In this document: positions 1-13,300 of the stretch, one piece after another | Layout: each line of letters opens with the position of its first letter | How positions within the stretch are numbered: the stretch's first letter is position 1 | Assembly: GCA_964016885.1 (NCBI GenBank) | Contig: OZ024756.1 | Span: forward strand, 1,798,001-1,862,000 | Source of the DNA: Eledone cirrhosa | Taxonomy: Eukaryota | Length of the DNA stretch: 64,000 bases | Direction of reading: 5' to 3' | Notes under the pieces: generated by a model | The model's input: the letters and a program-made list of their open reading frames with translations, nothing else | Database searches by the model: none | What the model was told of the DNA's origin: nothing | Made by a program: the position numbers and the translations under genes

Positions 1-2499
1 GTGTCAGTGATCTGGTCCTCTGTCTTGCTGTCTTCAGTACATCTATGAAGTGTGCAGTGTCAGTGATCTGGTCCTCTGTGTTGCTGTCTTCAGTACATTT
101 ATGAAGTGTGCAGTGTCAGTGATCTGGTCATCTGTCTTGCTGTTTTCAGTTCATCTATGAAGTGTGCAGTGTCAGTGATCTGGTCCTCTGTCTTGCTGTC
201 TTCAGTTCATCTATGAAGTGTGCAGTGTCAGTGATCTGGTCCTCTGTCTTGCTGTCTTCAGTTCATCTATGAAGTGTGCAGTGTCAGTGATCTGGTCCTC
301 TGTCTTGCTGTTTTCAGTTCGTCCATGAAGTGTGCAGTGTCAGTGATCTGGTCCTCTGTCTTGCTGTCTTCAGTTCATCTGTGAAGTGTGCAGTGGCAGT
401 GATCTGGTCCTCTGTCTTGCTGTCTTCAGTACATCTATGAAGTGTGCAGTGTCAGTGATCTGGTCCTCTGTCTGGCTGTCTTCAGTTCATCTATGAAGTG
501 TGCAGTGTCAGTGATCTGGTCCTCCGTCTTGCTGTTTTCAGTACATCTATGAAGTGTGCAGTGTCAGGGATCTGGTCCTCTGTCTTGCTGTCTTCAGTTC
601 ATCTATGAAGTGTGCAGTGTCAGTGATCTCGTCCTCTGTCTTGCTGTCTTCAGTACATCTATGAAGTGTGCAGTGTCAGTGATCTGGTCCTCTGTCTTGC
701 TGTCTTCAGTACATCTATGAAGTGTGCAGTGTCAGTGATCTGGTCCTCTGTCTTGCTGTCTTCAGTACATCTATGAAGTGTGCAGTGTCAGGGATCTGGT
801 CCGCTGTCTTGCTGTCTTCAGTTCATCTATGAAGTGTGCAGTGTCAGTGATCTCGTCCTCTGTCTTGCTGTCTTCAGTACATCTATGAATTGTGCAGTGT
901 CAGTGATCTGGTCCTCTGTCTTGCTGTCTGCAGTTCATCTATGAAGTGTGCAGTGTCAGTGATCTGGTCCTCTGACTTGCTGTCTTCAGTACATCTATGA
1001 AGTGTGCAGTGTCAGTGATCTGGTCCTCTGTCTTGCTGTCTGCAGTTCATCTATGAAGTGTGCAGTGTCAGTGATCTGGTCGTCTGTCTTGCTGTCTTCA
1101 GTTCATCTATGAAGTGTGCAGTGTCACTGATCTCGTCCTCTGTCTTGCTGTCTTCAGTTCATCTATGAAGTGTTGCAGTGTCAGTGATCTGGTCCTCTGT
1201 CTTGCTGTCTTCAGTTCATCTATGAAGTGTGCAGTGTCAGTGATCTGTTCCTCTGTCTTGCTGTCTTCAGTACATCTATGAAGTGTGCAGTGTCAGTGAT
1301 CTGGTCCTCTGTCTTGCTGTCTTCAGTTCATCTATGAAGTGTGCAGTGTCAGTGATCTGGTCCTCTGTCTTGCTGTCTTCAGTACATCTATGAAGTGTGC
1401 AGTGTTAGTGATCTGGTCCTTTGTCTGGCTGTCTTCATTTCATCTATGAAGTGTGCAGTGTCAGTGATCTGGTCCTCCGTCTTGCTGTTTTCAGTACATC
1501 TATGAAGTGTGCAGTGTCAGGGATCTGGTCCTCTGTCTTGCTGTCTTCAGTTAATCTATGAAGTGTGCAGTGTCAGTGATCTGGTCCTCTGTCTTGCTGT
1601 CTTCAGTACATCTATGAAGTGTGCAGTGTCAGTGATCTGGTCCTCTGTCTTGCTGTCTTCAGTACATCTATGAAGTGTGCAGTGTCAGTGATCTTGTCCT
1701 CTGTCTTGCTGTCTTCAGTTCATCTATGAAGTGTGCAGTGTCAGTGATCTGGTCCTTCGTCTTGCTGTTTCCAGTACACCTATGAAGTGTGCAGTGTCAG
1801 GGATCTGGTCCTCTGTCTTGCTGTCTTCAGTACATCTATGAAGTGTGCAGTGTCAGTGATCTGGTCCTCTGTCTTGCTGTCTTCAGTTCATCTGTGAAGT
1901 GTGCAGTGTCAGTGATCTGGTCCTCTGTCTTGCTGTTTTCAGTACATCTATGAAGTGTGCAGTGTCAGTGATCTGGTCCTCTGTCTTGCTATCTTCAGTT
2001 CATCTATGAAGTGTGCAGTGTCAGTGATCTGGTCCTCCGTCTTGCTGTTTTCAGTACATCTATGAAGTGTGCAGTGTCAGTGATCTGGTCCTCTGTCTTG
2101 CTGTCTTCAGTACATCTATGAAGTGTGCAGTGTCAGTGATCTGCTCCTCTGTCTTGCTGTCTTCAGTTCATCTATGAAGTGTGCAGTGTCAGCGATCTGG
2201 TCCTTTGTCTTGCTGTCTTCAGTTTATCTATGAAGTGTGCAGTGTCAGTGATCTGGTCCTCTGTCTTGCTGTCTTCAGTTCATCTATGAAGTGTGCAGTG
2301 TCAGTGATCTGGTCCTCCGTCTTGCTGTCTTCATTACATCTATGAAGTGTGCAGTGTCAGTGATCTGGTCCTCTGTCTTGCTGTCTTCAGTACATCTATG
2401 AAGTGTGCAGTGTCAGTGATCTGGTCCTCTGTCTTGCTGTCTTCAGTTCATCTGTGAAGTGTGCAGTGTCAGTGATCTGGTCCTCTGTCTTGCTGTTTT

Positions 2500-5400
2500 C
2501 AGTACATCTATGAAGTGTGCAGTGTCAGTGATCTGGTCCTCTGTCTTGCTATCTTCAGTTCATCTATGAAGTGTGCAGTGTCAGTGATCTGGTCCTCCGT
2601 CTTGCTGTTTTCAGTACATCTATGAAGTGTGCAGTGTCAGTGATCTGGTCCTCTGTCTTGCTGTCTTCAGTACATCTATGAAGTGTGCAGTGTCAGTGAT
2701 ATGGTCCTCTGTGTTGCTGTCTTCAGTACATTTATGAAGTGTGCAGTGTCAGTGATCTGGTCCTCTGTCTTGCTGTCTTCAGTACATCTATGAAGTGTGC
2801 AGTGTTAGTGATCTGGTCCTCTGTCTGGCTGTCTTCATTTCATCTATGAAGTGTGCAGTGTCAGTGATCTGGTCCTCCGTCTTGCTGTTTTCAGTACATC
2901 TATGAAGTGTGCAGTGTCAGGGATCTGGTCCTCTGTCTTGCTGTCTTCAGTTCATCTATGAAGTGTGCAGTGTCAGTGATCTCGTCCTCTGTCTTGCTGT
3001 CTTCAGTACATCTATGAAGTGTGCAGTGTCAGTGATCTCGTCCTCTGTCTTGCTGTCTTCAGTTCATCTATGAAGTGTGCAGTGTCAGTGATCTGGTCCT
3101 CTGTCTTGCTGTCTTCAGTACATCTATGAAGTGTGCAGTGTCAGGGATCTGGTCCGCTGTCTTGCTGTCTTCAGTTCATCTATGAAGTGTGCAGTGTCAG
3201 TGATCTCGTCCTCTGTCTTGCTGTCTTCAGTACATCTATGAATTGTGCAGTGTCACTGATCTCGTCCTCTGTCTTGCTGTCTTCAGTACATCTATGAAGT
3301 GTGCTGTGTCAGTGATCTGGTCCTCTGTCTTGCTATCTTCAGTACATCTATGAAGTGTGCAGTGTCAGTGATCTGGTCCTCTGTCTGGCTGTCTTCAGTT
3401 CATCTATGAAGTGTGCAGTGTCAGTGATCTGGTCCTCCGTCTTGCTGTTTTCAGTACATCTATGAAGTGTGCAGTGTCAGGGATCTGGTCCTCTGTCTTG
3501 CTGTCTTCAGTTCATCTATGAAGTGTGCAGTGTCAGTGATCTCGTCCTCTGTCTTGCTGTCTTCGGTACATCTATGAAGTGTGCAGTGTCAGTGATCTCG
3601 TCCTCTGTCTTGCTGTCTTCAGTACATCTATGAAGTGTGCAGTGTCAGTGATCTGGTCCTCTGTCTTGCTGTCTTCAGTACATCTATGAAGTGTGCAGTG
3701 TCAGGGATCTGGTCCGCTGTCTTGCTGTCTTCAGTTCATCTATGAATTGTGCAGTGTCACTGATCTCGTCCTCTGTCTTGCTGTCTTCAGTACATCTATG
3801 AATTGTGCAGTGTCACTGATCTCGTCCTCTGTCTTGCTGTCTTCAATACATCTATGAAGTGTGCAGTGTCAGAGATCTGGTCCTCTGTCTTGCTGTCTGC
3901 AGTTCATCTATGAAGTGTGCAGTGTCAGTGATCTGGTCCTCTGACTTGCTGTCTTCAGTACATCTATGAAGTGTGCAGTGTCAGTGATCTGGTCCTCTGT
4001 CTTGCTGTCTTCAGTACATCTATGAAGTGTGCAGTGTCAGTGATCTGGTCCTCTGTCTTGCTGTCTTCAGTTCATGTATGAAGTGTGCAGTGTCAGTGAT
4101 CTCGTCCTCTGTCTTGCTGTCTTCAGTACATCTATGAAGTGTGCAGTGTCAGTGATCTCGTCCTCTGTCTTGCTGTCTTCAGTACATCTATGAAGTGTGC
4201 AGTGTCAGTGATCTGGTCCTCTGTCTTGCTGTCTTCAGTACATCTGTGAACTTTGTAGTGTCAGTGATCAGATCCTCTCTCTTGCTGTCTTCAGTACATA
4301 TATGAAGTGTGCAGTGTCAGTGATCTGGTCCTCTGTCTTGCTGTCTTCAGTTCATCTATGAAGTGTGCAGTGTCAGTGATCTGGTCCTCTGTCTTGCTGT
4401 CTTCAGTACATCTGTGAAGTTTGTAGTGTCAGTGATCAGGTCCTCTGTCTTGCTGTCTTCAGTACATCTATGTAGTGTGCAGTGTCAGTGATCTGGTCCT
4501 CTGTCTTGCTGTCTTCAGTTCATCTATGAAGTGTGCAGTGTCAGTGATCTCGTCCTCTGTCTTGCTGTCTTCAGTACATCTATGAAGTGTGCAGTGTCAG
4601 GGATCTGGTCCTCTGTCTTGCTGTCTTCAGTTCATCTATGAAGTGTGCAGTGTCAGTGATCTGGTCCTCTGTCTTGCTGTCTTCAGTACATCTATGAAGT
4701 GTGCAGTGTCAGTGATCTGGTCCTCTGTCTTGCTATCTTCAGTTCATCTATGAAGTGTGCAGTGTCAGTGATCTGGTCCTCCGTCTTGCTGTTTTCAGTA
4801 CATCTATGAAGTGTGCAGTGTCAGTGATCTGGTCCTCTGTCTTGCTGTCTTCAGTACATCTATGAAGTGTGCAGTGTCAGTGATATGGTCCTCTGTGTTG
4901 CTGTCTTCAGTACATTTATGAAGTGTGCAGTGTCAGTGATCTGGTCCTCTGTCTTGCTGTCTTCAGTACATCTATGAAGTGTGCAGTGTTAGTGATCTGG
5001 TCCTCTGTCTGGCTGTCTTCAGTTCATCTATGAAGTGTGCAGTGTCAGTGATCTGGTCCTCCGTCTTGCTGTTTTCAGTACATCTATGAAGTGTGCAGTG
5101 TCAGGGATCTGGTCCTCTGTCTTGCTGTCTTCAGTTCATCTATGAAGTGTGCAGTGTCAGTGATCTCGTCCTCTGTCTTGCTGTCTTCAGTACATCTATG
5201 AAGTGTGCAGTGTCAGTGATCTCGTCCTCTGTCTTGCTGTCTTCAGTTCATCTATGAAGTGTGCAGTGTCAGTGATCTGGTCCTCTGTCTTGCTGTCTTC
5301 AGTACATCTATGAAGTGTGCAGTGTCAGGGATCTGGTCCGCTGTCTTGCTGTCTTCAGTTCATCTATGAAGTGTGCAGTGTCAGTGATCTCGTCCTCTGT

Positions 5401-6700
5401 CTTGCTGTCTTCAGTACATCTATGAATTGTGCAGTGTCACTGATCTCGTCCTCTGTCTTGCTGTCTTCAGTACATCTATGAAGTGTGCTGTGTCAGTGAT
5501 CTGGTCCTCTGTCTTGCTATCTTCAGTACATCTATGAAGTGTGCAGTGTCAGTGATCTGGTCCTCTGTCTGGCTGTCTTCAGTTCATCTATGAAGTGTGC
5601 AGTGTCAGTGATCTGGTCCTCCGTCTTGCTGTTTTCAGTACATCTATGAAGTGTGCAGTGTCAGGGATCTGGTCCTCTGTCTTGCTGTCTTCAGTTCATC
5701 TATGAAGTGTGCAGTGTCAGTGATCTCGTCCTCTGTCTTGCTGTCTTCAGTACATCTATGAAGTGTGCAGTGTCAGTGATCTCGTCCTCTGTCTTGCTGT
5801 CTTCAGTACATCTATGAAGTGTGCAGTGTCAGTGATCTGGTCCTCTGTCTTGCTGTCTTCAGTACATCTATGAAGTGTGCAGTGTCAGGGATCTGGTCCG
5901 CTGTCTTGCTGTCTTCAGTTCATCTATGAATTGTGCAGTGTCACTGATCTCGTCCTCTGTCTTGCTGTCTTCAGTACATCTATGAATTGTGCAGTGTCAC
6001 TGATCTCGTCCTCTGTCTTGCTGTCTTCAATACATCTATGAAGTGTGCAGTGTCAGTGATCTGGTCCTCTGTCTTGCTGTCTGCAGTTCATCTATGAAGT
6101 GTGCAGTGTCAGTGATCTGGTCCTCTGACTTGCTGTCTTCAGTACATCTATGAAGTGTGCAGTGTCAGTGATCTGGTCCTCTGTCTTGCTGTCTTCAGTA
6201 CATCTATGAAGTGTGCAGTGTCAGTGATCTGGTCCTCTGTCTTGCTGTCTTCAGTTCATGTATGAAGTGTGCAGTGTCAGTGATCTCGTCCTCTGTCTTG
6301 CTGTCTTCAGTACATCTATGAAGTGTGCAGTGTCAGTGATCTCGTCCTCTGTCTTGCTGTCTTCAGTACATCTATGAAGTGTGCAGTGTCAGTGATCTGG
6401 TCCTCTGTCTTGCTGTCTTCAGTACATCTGTGAACTTTGTAGTGTCAGTGATCAGATCCTCTGTCTTGCTGTCTTCAGTACATATATGAAGTGTGCAGTG
6501 TCAGTGATCTGGTCCTCTGTCTTGCTGTCTTCAGTTCATCTATGAAGTGTGCAGTGTCAGTGATCTGGTCCTCTGTCTTGCTGTCTTCAGTACATCTGTG
6601 AAGTTTGTAGTGTCAGTGATCAGGTCCTCTGTCTTGCTGTCTTCAGTACATCTATGTAGTGTGCAGTGTCAGTGATCTGGTCCTCTGTCTTGCTGTCTTC
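2500..6700. repeat. Tandem duplication, 2184-bp period (39 monomers)
   Basis: GATATGG...GTGTTG at 2701/4885 and CTTTGTAG...CAGATC at 4251/6435, both offset 2184. Ends are approximate. Confidence 0.8.
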
Positions 6701-7399
6701 AGTACATCTATGAAGTGTGCAGTGTCAGTGATCTTGTCCTCTGTCTTGCTGTCTTCAGTTCATCTATGAAGTGTGCAGTGTCAGTGATCTGGTCCTTCGT
6801 CTTGCTGTTTCCAGTACACCTATGAAGTGTGCAGTGTCAGGGATCTGGTCCTCTGTCTTGCTGTCTTCAGTTCATCTATGAAGTGTGCAGTGTCAGTGAT
6901 CTCGTCCTCTGTCTTGCTGTCTTCAGTACATCTATGAAGTGTGCAGTGTCAGGGATCTGGTCCTCTGTCTTGCTGTCTTCAGTTCATCTATGAAGTGTGC
7001 AGTGTCAGTGATCTGGTCCTCTGTCTTGCTGTCTTCAGTACATCTATGAAGTGTGCAGTGTCAGGGATCTGGTCCGCTGTCTTGCTGTCTTCAGTTCATC
7101 TATGAAGTGTGCAGTGTCAGTGATCTCGTCCTCTGTCTTGCTGTCTTCAGTACATCTATGAATTGTGCAGTGTCAGTGATCTGGTCCTCTGTCTTGCTAT
7201 CTTCAGTACATCTATGAAGTGTGCAGTGTCAGTGATCTGGTCCTCTGTCTGGCTGTCTTCAGTTCATCTATGAAGTGTGCAGTGTCAGTGATCTGGTCCT
7301 CCGTCTTGCTGTTTTCAGTACATCTATGAAGTGTGCAGTGTGAGGGATCTGGTCCTCTGTCTTGCTGTCTTCAGTTCATCTATGAAGTGTGCAGTGTCA

Positions 7400-10300
7400 G
7401 TGATCTCGTCCTCTGTCTTGCTGTCTTCAGTACATCTATGAAGTGTGCAGTGTCAGTGATCTCGTCCTCTGTCTTGCTGTCTTCAGTACATCTATGAAGT
7501 GTGCAGTGTCAGTGATCTGGTCCTCTGTCTTGCTGTCTTCAGTACATCTATGAAGTGTGCAGTGTCAGGGATCTGGTCCGCTGTCTTGCTGTCTTCAGTT
7601 CATCTATGAATTGTGCAGTGTCACTGATCTCGTCCTCTGTCTTGCTGTCTTCAGTACATCTATGAATTGTGCAGTGTCACTGATCTCGTCCTCTGTCTTG
7701 CTGTCTTCAATACATCTATGAAGTGTGCAGTGTCAGTGATCTGGTCCTCTGTCTTGCTGTCTGCAGTTCATCTATGAAGTGTGCAGTGTCAGTGATCTGG
7801 TCCTCTGACTTGCTGTCTTCAGTACATCTATGAAGTGTGCAGTGTCAGTGATCTGGTCCTCTGTCTTGCTGTCTTCAGTACATCTATGAAGTGTGCAGTG
7901 TCAGTGATCTGGTCCTCTGTCTTGCTGTCTTCAGTTCATGTATGAAGTGTGCAGTGTCAGTGATCTCATCCTCTGTCTTGCTGTCTTCAGTACATCTATG
8001 AAGTGTGCAGTGTCAGTGATCTCGTCCTCTGTCTTGCTGTCTTCAGTACATCTATGAAGTGTGCAGTGTCAGTGATCTGGTCCTCTGTCTTGCTGTCTTC
8101 AGTTCATCTATGAAGTGTGCAGTGTCAGTGATCTGGTCCTCTGTCTTGCTGTCTTCAGTACATCTGTGAAGTTTGTAGTGTCAGTGATCAGGTCCTCTGT
8201 CTTGCTGTCTTCAGTACATCTATGTAGTGTGCAGTGTCAGTGATCTGGTCCTCTGTCTTGCTGTCTTCAGTACATCTATGAAGTGTGCAGTGTCAGTGAT
8301 CTTGTCCTCTGTCTTGCTGTCTTCAGTTCATCTATGAAGTGTGCAGTGTCAGTGATCTGGTCCTTCGTCTTGCTGTTTCCAGTACACCTATGAAGTGTGC
8401 AGTGTCAGGGATCTGGTCCTCTGTCTTGCTGTCTTCAGTTCATCTATGAAGTGTGCAGTGTCAGTGATCTCGTCCTCTGTCTTGCTGTCTTCAGTACATC
8501 TATGAAGTGTGCAGTGTCAGGGATCTGGTCCTCTGTCTTGCTGTCTTCAGTTCATCTATGAAGTGTGCAGTGTCAGTGATCTGGTCCTCTGTCTTGCTGT
8601 CTTCAGTACATCTATGAAGTGTGCAGTGTCAGGGATCTGGTCCGCTGTCTTGCTGTCTTCAGTTCATCTATGAAGTGTGCAGTGTCAGTGATCTCGTCCT
8701 CTGTCTTGCTGTCTTCAGTACATCTATGAATTGTGCAGTGTCACTGATCTCGTCCTCTGTCTTGCTGTCTTCAGTACATCTATGAAGTGTGCTGTGTCAG
8801 TGATCTGGTCCTCTGTCTTGCTATCTTCAGTACATCTATGAAGTGTGCAGTGTCAGTGATCTGGTCCTCTGTCTGGCTGTCTTCAGTTCATCTATGAAGT
8901 GTGCAGTGTCAGTGATCTGGTCCTCCGTCTTGCTGTTTTCAGTACATCTATGAAGTGTGCAGTGTCAGGGATCTGGTCCTCTGTCTTGCTGTCTTCAGTT
9001 CATCTATGAAGTGTGCAGTGTCAGTGATCTCGTCCTCTGTCTTGCTGTCTTCAGTACATCTATGAAGTGTGCAGTGTCAGTGATCTCGTCCTCTGTCTTG
9101 CTGTCTTCAGTACATCTATGAAGTGTGCAGTGTCAGTGATCTGGTCCTCTGTCTTGCTGTCTTCAGTACATCTATGAAGTGTGCAGTGTCAGGGATCTGG
9201 TCCGCTGTCTTGCTGTCTTCAGTTCATCTATGAATTGTGCAGTGTCACTGATCTCGTCCTCTGTCTTGCTGTCTTCAGTACATCTGTGAAGTTTGTAGTG
9301 TCAGTGATCAGGTCCTCTGTCTTGCTGTCTTCAGTACATCTATGTAGTGTGCAGTGTCAGTGATCTGGTCCTCTGTCTTGCTGTCTTCAGTACATCTATG
9401 AAGTGTGCAGTGTCAGTGATCTTGTCCTCTGTCTTGCTGTCTTCAGTTCATCTATGAAGTGTGCAGTGTCAGTGATCTGGTCCTTCGTCTTGCTGTTTCC
9501 AGTACACCTATGAAGTGTGCAGTGTCAGGGATCTGGTCCTCTGTCTTGCTGTCTTCAGTTCATCTATGAAGTGTGCAGTGTCAGTGATCTCGTCCTCGGT
9601 CTTACTGTCTTCAGTACATCTATGAAGTGTGCAGTGTCAGGGATCTGGTCCTCTGTCTTGCTGTCTTCAGTTCATCTATGAAGTGTGCAGTGTCAGTGAT
9701 CTGGTCCTCTGTCTTGCTGTCTTCAGTACATCTATGAAGTGTGCAGTGTCAGGGATCTGGTCCGCTGTCTTGCTGTCTTCAGTTCATCTATGAAGTGTGC
9801 AGTGTCAGTGATCTCGTCCTCTGTCTTGCTGTCTTCAGTACATCTATGAATTGTGCAGTGTCACTGATCTCGTCCTCTGTCTTGCTGTCTTCAGTACATC
9901 TATGAAGTGTGCTGTGTCAGTGATCTGGTCCTCTGTCTTGCTATCTTCAGTACATCTATGAAGTGTGCAGTGTCAGTGATCTGGTCCTCTGTCTGGCTGT
10001 CTTCAGTTCATCTATGAAGTGTGCAGTGTCAGTGATCTGGTCCTCCGTCTTGCTGTTTTCAGTACATCTATGAAGTGTGCAGTGTCAGGGATCTGGTCCT
10101 CTGTCTTGCTGTCTTCAGTTCATCTATGAAGTGTGCAGTGTCAGTGATCTCGTCCTCTGTCTTGCTGTCTTCAGTACATCTATGAAGTGTGCAGTGTCAG
10201 TGATCTCGTCCTCTGTCTTGCTGTCTTCAGTACATCTATGAAGTGTGCAGTGTCAGTGATCTGGTCCTCTGTCTTGCTGTCTTCAGTACATCTATGAAGT

Positions 10301-13300
10301 GTGCAGTGTCAGGGATCTGGTCCGCTGTCTTGCTGTCTTCAGTTCATCTATGAATTGTGCAGTGTCACTGATCTCGTCCTCTGTCTTGCTGTCTTCAGTA
10401 CATCTATGAATTGTGCAGTGTCACTGATCTGGTCCTCTGTCTTGCTGTCTTCAGTACATCTATGAAGTGTGCAGTGTCAGTGATCTGGTCCTCTGTCTTG
10501 CTGTCTGCAGTTCATCTATGAAGTGTGCAGTGTCAGTGATCTGGTCCTCTGACTTGCTGTCTTCAGTACATCTATGAAGTGTGCAGTGTCAGTGATCTGG
10601 TCCTCTGTCTTGCTGTCTTCAGTACATCTATGAAGTGTGCAGTGTCAGTGATCTGGTCCTCTGTCTTGCTGTCTTCAGTTCATGTATGAAGTGTGCAGTG
10701 TCAGTGATCTCGTCCTCTGTCTTGCTGTCTTCAGTACATCTATGAAGTGTGCAGTGTCAGTGATCTCGTCCTCTGTCTTGCTGTCTTCAGTACATATATG
10801 AAGTGTGCAGTGTCAGTGATCTGGTCCTCTGTCTTGCTGTCTTCAGTTCATCTATGAAGTGTGCAGTGTCAGTGATCTGGTCCTCTGTCTTGCTGTCTTC
10901 AGTACATCTGTGAAGTTTGTAGTGTCAGTGATCAGGTCCTCTGTCTTGCTGTCTTCAGTACATCTATGTAGTGGGCAGTGTCAGTGATCTGGTCCTCTGT
11001 CTTGCTGTCTTCAGTACATCTATGAAGTGTGCAGTGTCAGTGATCTTGTCCTCTGTCTTGCTGTCTTCAGTTCATCTATGAAGTGTGCAGTGTCAGTGAT
11101 CTGGTCCTTCGTCTTGCTGTTTCCAGTACACCTATGAAGTGTGCAGTGTCAGGGATCTGGTCCTCTGTCTTGCTGTCTTCAGTTCATCTATGAAGTGTGC
11201 AGTGTCAGTGATCTCGTCCTCTGTCTTGCTGTCTTCAGTACATCTATGAAGTGTGCAGTGTCAGGGATCTGGTCCTCTGTCTTGCTGTCTTCAGTTCATC
11301 TATGAAGTGTGCAGTGTCAGTGATCTGGTCCTCTGTCTTGCTGTCTTCAGTACATCTATGAAGTGTGCAGTGTCAGGGATCTGGTCCGCTGTCTTGCTGT
11401 CTTCAGTTCATCTATGAAGTGTGCAGTGTCAGTGATCTCGTCCTCTGTCTTGCTGTCTTCAGTACATCTATGAATTGTGCAGTGTCACTGATCTCGTCCT
11501 CTGTCTTGCTGTCTTCAGTACATCTATGAAGTGTGCTGTGTCAGTGATCTGGTCCTCTGTCTTGCTATCTTCAGTACATCTATGAAGTGTGCAGTGTCAG
11601 TGATCTGGTCCTCTGTCTGGCTGTCTTCAGTTCATCTATGAAGTGTGCAGTGTCAGGGATCTGGTCCTCTGTCTTGCTGTCTTCAGTTCATCTATGAAGT
11701 GTGCAGTGTCAGTGATCTCGTCCTCTGTCTTGCTGTCTTCAGTACATCTATGAAGTGTGCAGTGTCAGTGATCTCGTCCTCTGTCTTGCTGTCTTCAGTA
11801 CATCTATGAAGTGTGCAGTGTCAGTGATCTGGTCCTCTGTCTAGCTGTCTTCAGTACATCTATGAAGTGTGCAGTGTCAGGGATCTGGTCCGCTGTCTTG
11901 CTGTCTTCAGTTCATCTATGAATTGTGCAGTGTCACTGATCTCGTCCTCTGTCTTGCTGTCTTCAGTAAATCTATGAATTGTGCAGTGTCACTGATCTCG
12001 TCCTCTGTCTTGCTGTCTTCAATACATCTATGAAGTGTGCAGTGTCAGTGATCTGGTCCTCTGTCTTGCTGTCTGCAGTTCATCTATGAAGTGTGCAGTG
12101 TCAGTGATCTGGTCCTCTGACTTGCTGTCTTCAGTACATCTATGAAGTGTGCAGTGTCAGTGATCTGGTCCTCTGTCTTGCTGTCTTCAGTACATCTATG
12201 AAGTGTGCAGTGTCAGTGATCTGGTCCTCTGTCTTGCTGTCTTCAGTTCAGGTATGAAGTGTGCAGTGTCAGTGATCTCGTCCTCTGTCTTGCTGTCTTC
12301 AGTACATCTATGAAGTGTGCAGTGTCAGTGATCTCGTCCTCTGTCTTGCTGTCTTCAGTACATCTATGAAGTGTGCAGTGTCAGTGATCTGGTCCTCTGT
12401 CTTGCTGTCTTCAGTACATCTGTGAACTTTGTAGTGTCAGTGATCAGATCCTCTGTCTTGCTGTCTTCAGTACATATATGAAGTGTGCAGTGTCAGTGAT
12501 CTGGTCCTCTGTCTTGCTGTCTTCAGTTCATCTATGAAGTGTGCAGTGTCAGTGATCTGGTCCTCTGTCTTGCTGTCTTCAGTACATCTGTGAAGTTTGT
12601 AGTGTCAGTGATCAGGTCCTCTGTCTTGCTGTCTTCAGTTCATCTATGAAGTGTGCAGTGTCAGGGATCTGGTCCTCTGTCTTGCTGTCTTCAGTTCATC
12701 TATGAAGTGTGCAGTGTCAGTGATCTCGTCCTCTGTCTTGCTGTCTTCAGTACATCTATGAAGTGTGCAGTGTCAGGGATCTGGTCCTCTGTCTTGCTGT
12801 CTTCAGTTCATCTATGAAGTGTGCAGTGTCAGTGATCTGGTCCTCTGTCTTGCTGTCTTCAGTACATCTATGAAGTGTGCAGTGTCAGGGATCTGGTCCG
12901 CTGTCTTGCTGTCTTCAGTTCATCTATGAAGTGTGCAGTGTCAGTGATCTCGTCCTCTGTCTTGCTGTCTTCAGTACATCTATGAATTGTGCAGTGTCAC
13001 TGATCTCGTCCTCTGTCTTGCTGTCTTCAGTACATCTATGAAGTGTGCTGTGTCAGTGATCTGGTCCTCTGTCTTGCTATCTTCAGTACATCTATGAAGT
13101 GTGCAGTGTCAGTGATCTGGTCCTCTGTCTGGCTGTCTTCAGTTCATCTATGAAGTGTGCAGTGTCAGTGATCTGGTCCTCCGTCTTGCTGTTTTCAGTA
13201 CATCTATGAAGTGTGCAGTGTCAGTGATCTCGTCCTCTGTCTTGCTGTCTTCAGTACATCTATGAAGTGTGCAGTGTCAGTGATCTCGTCCTCTGTCTTG

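Noticed and set aside
11-37. Pyrimidine-rich tract ending in CAG, resembling a 3' splice acceptor in every monomer
   Set aside because: The resemblance is real but expected from the T/C-rich strand. No exon structure or transcript evidence is available from the sequence alone.
1754-1780. Possible CENP-B box in the CCTTCGTC variant
   Set aside because: Only TTCG matches. The downstream A and CGGG core of the 17-bp box are absent.
9181-9363. 60-aa Cys/Ser/Val-rich ORF, with an identical copy at 15005-15187
   Set aside because: It starts at a GTG inside the repeat and exists only because variants (AGGGAT, TATGTA) remove the monomer's TGA stops. A 56-bp unit is not a multiple of 3, so the frame cycles into stops. 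The second copy reflects the 5824-bp duplication.
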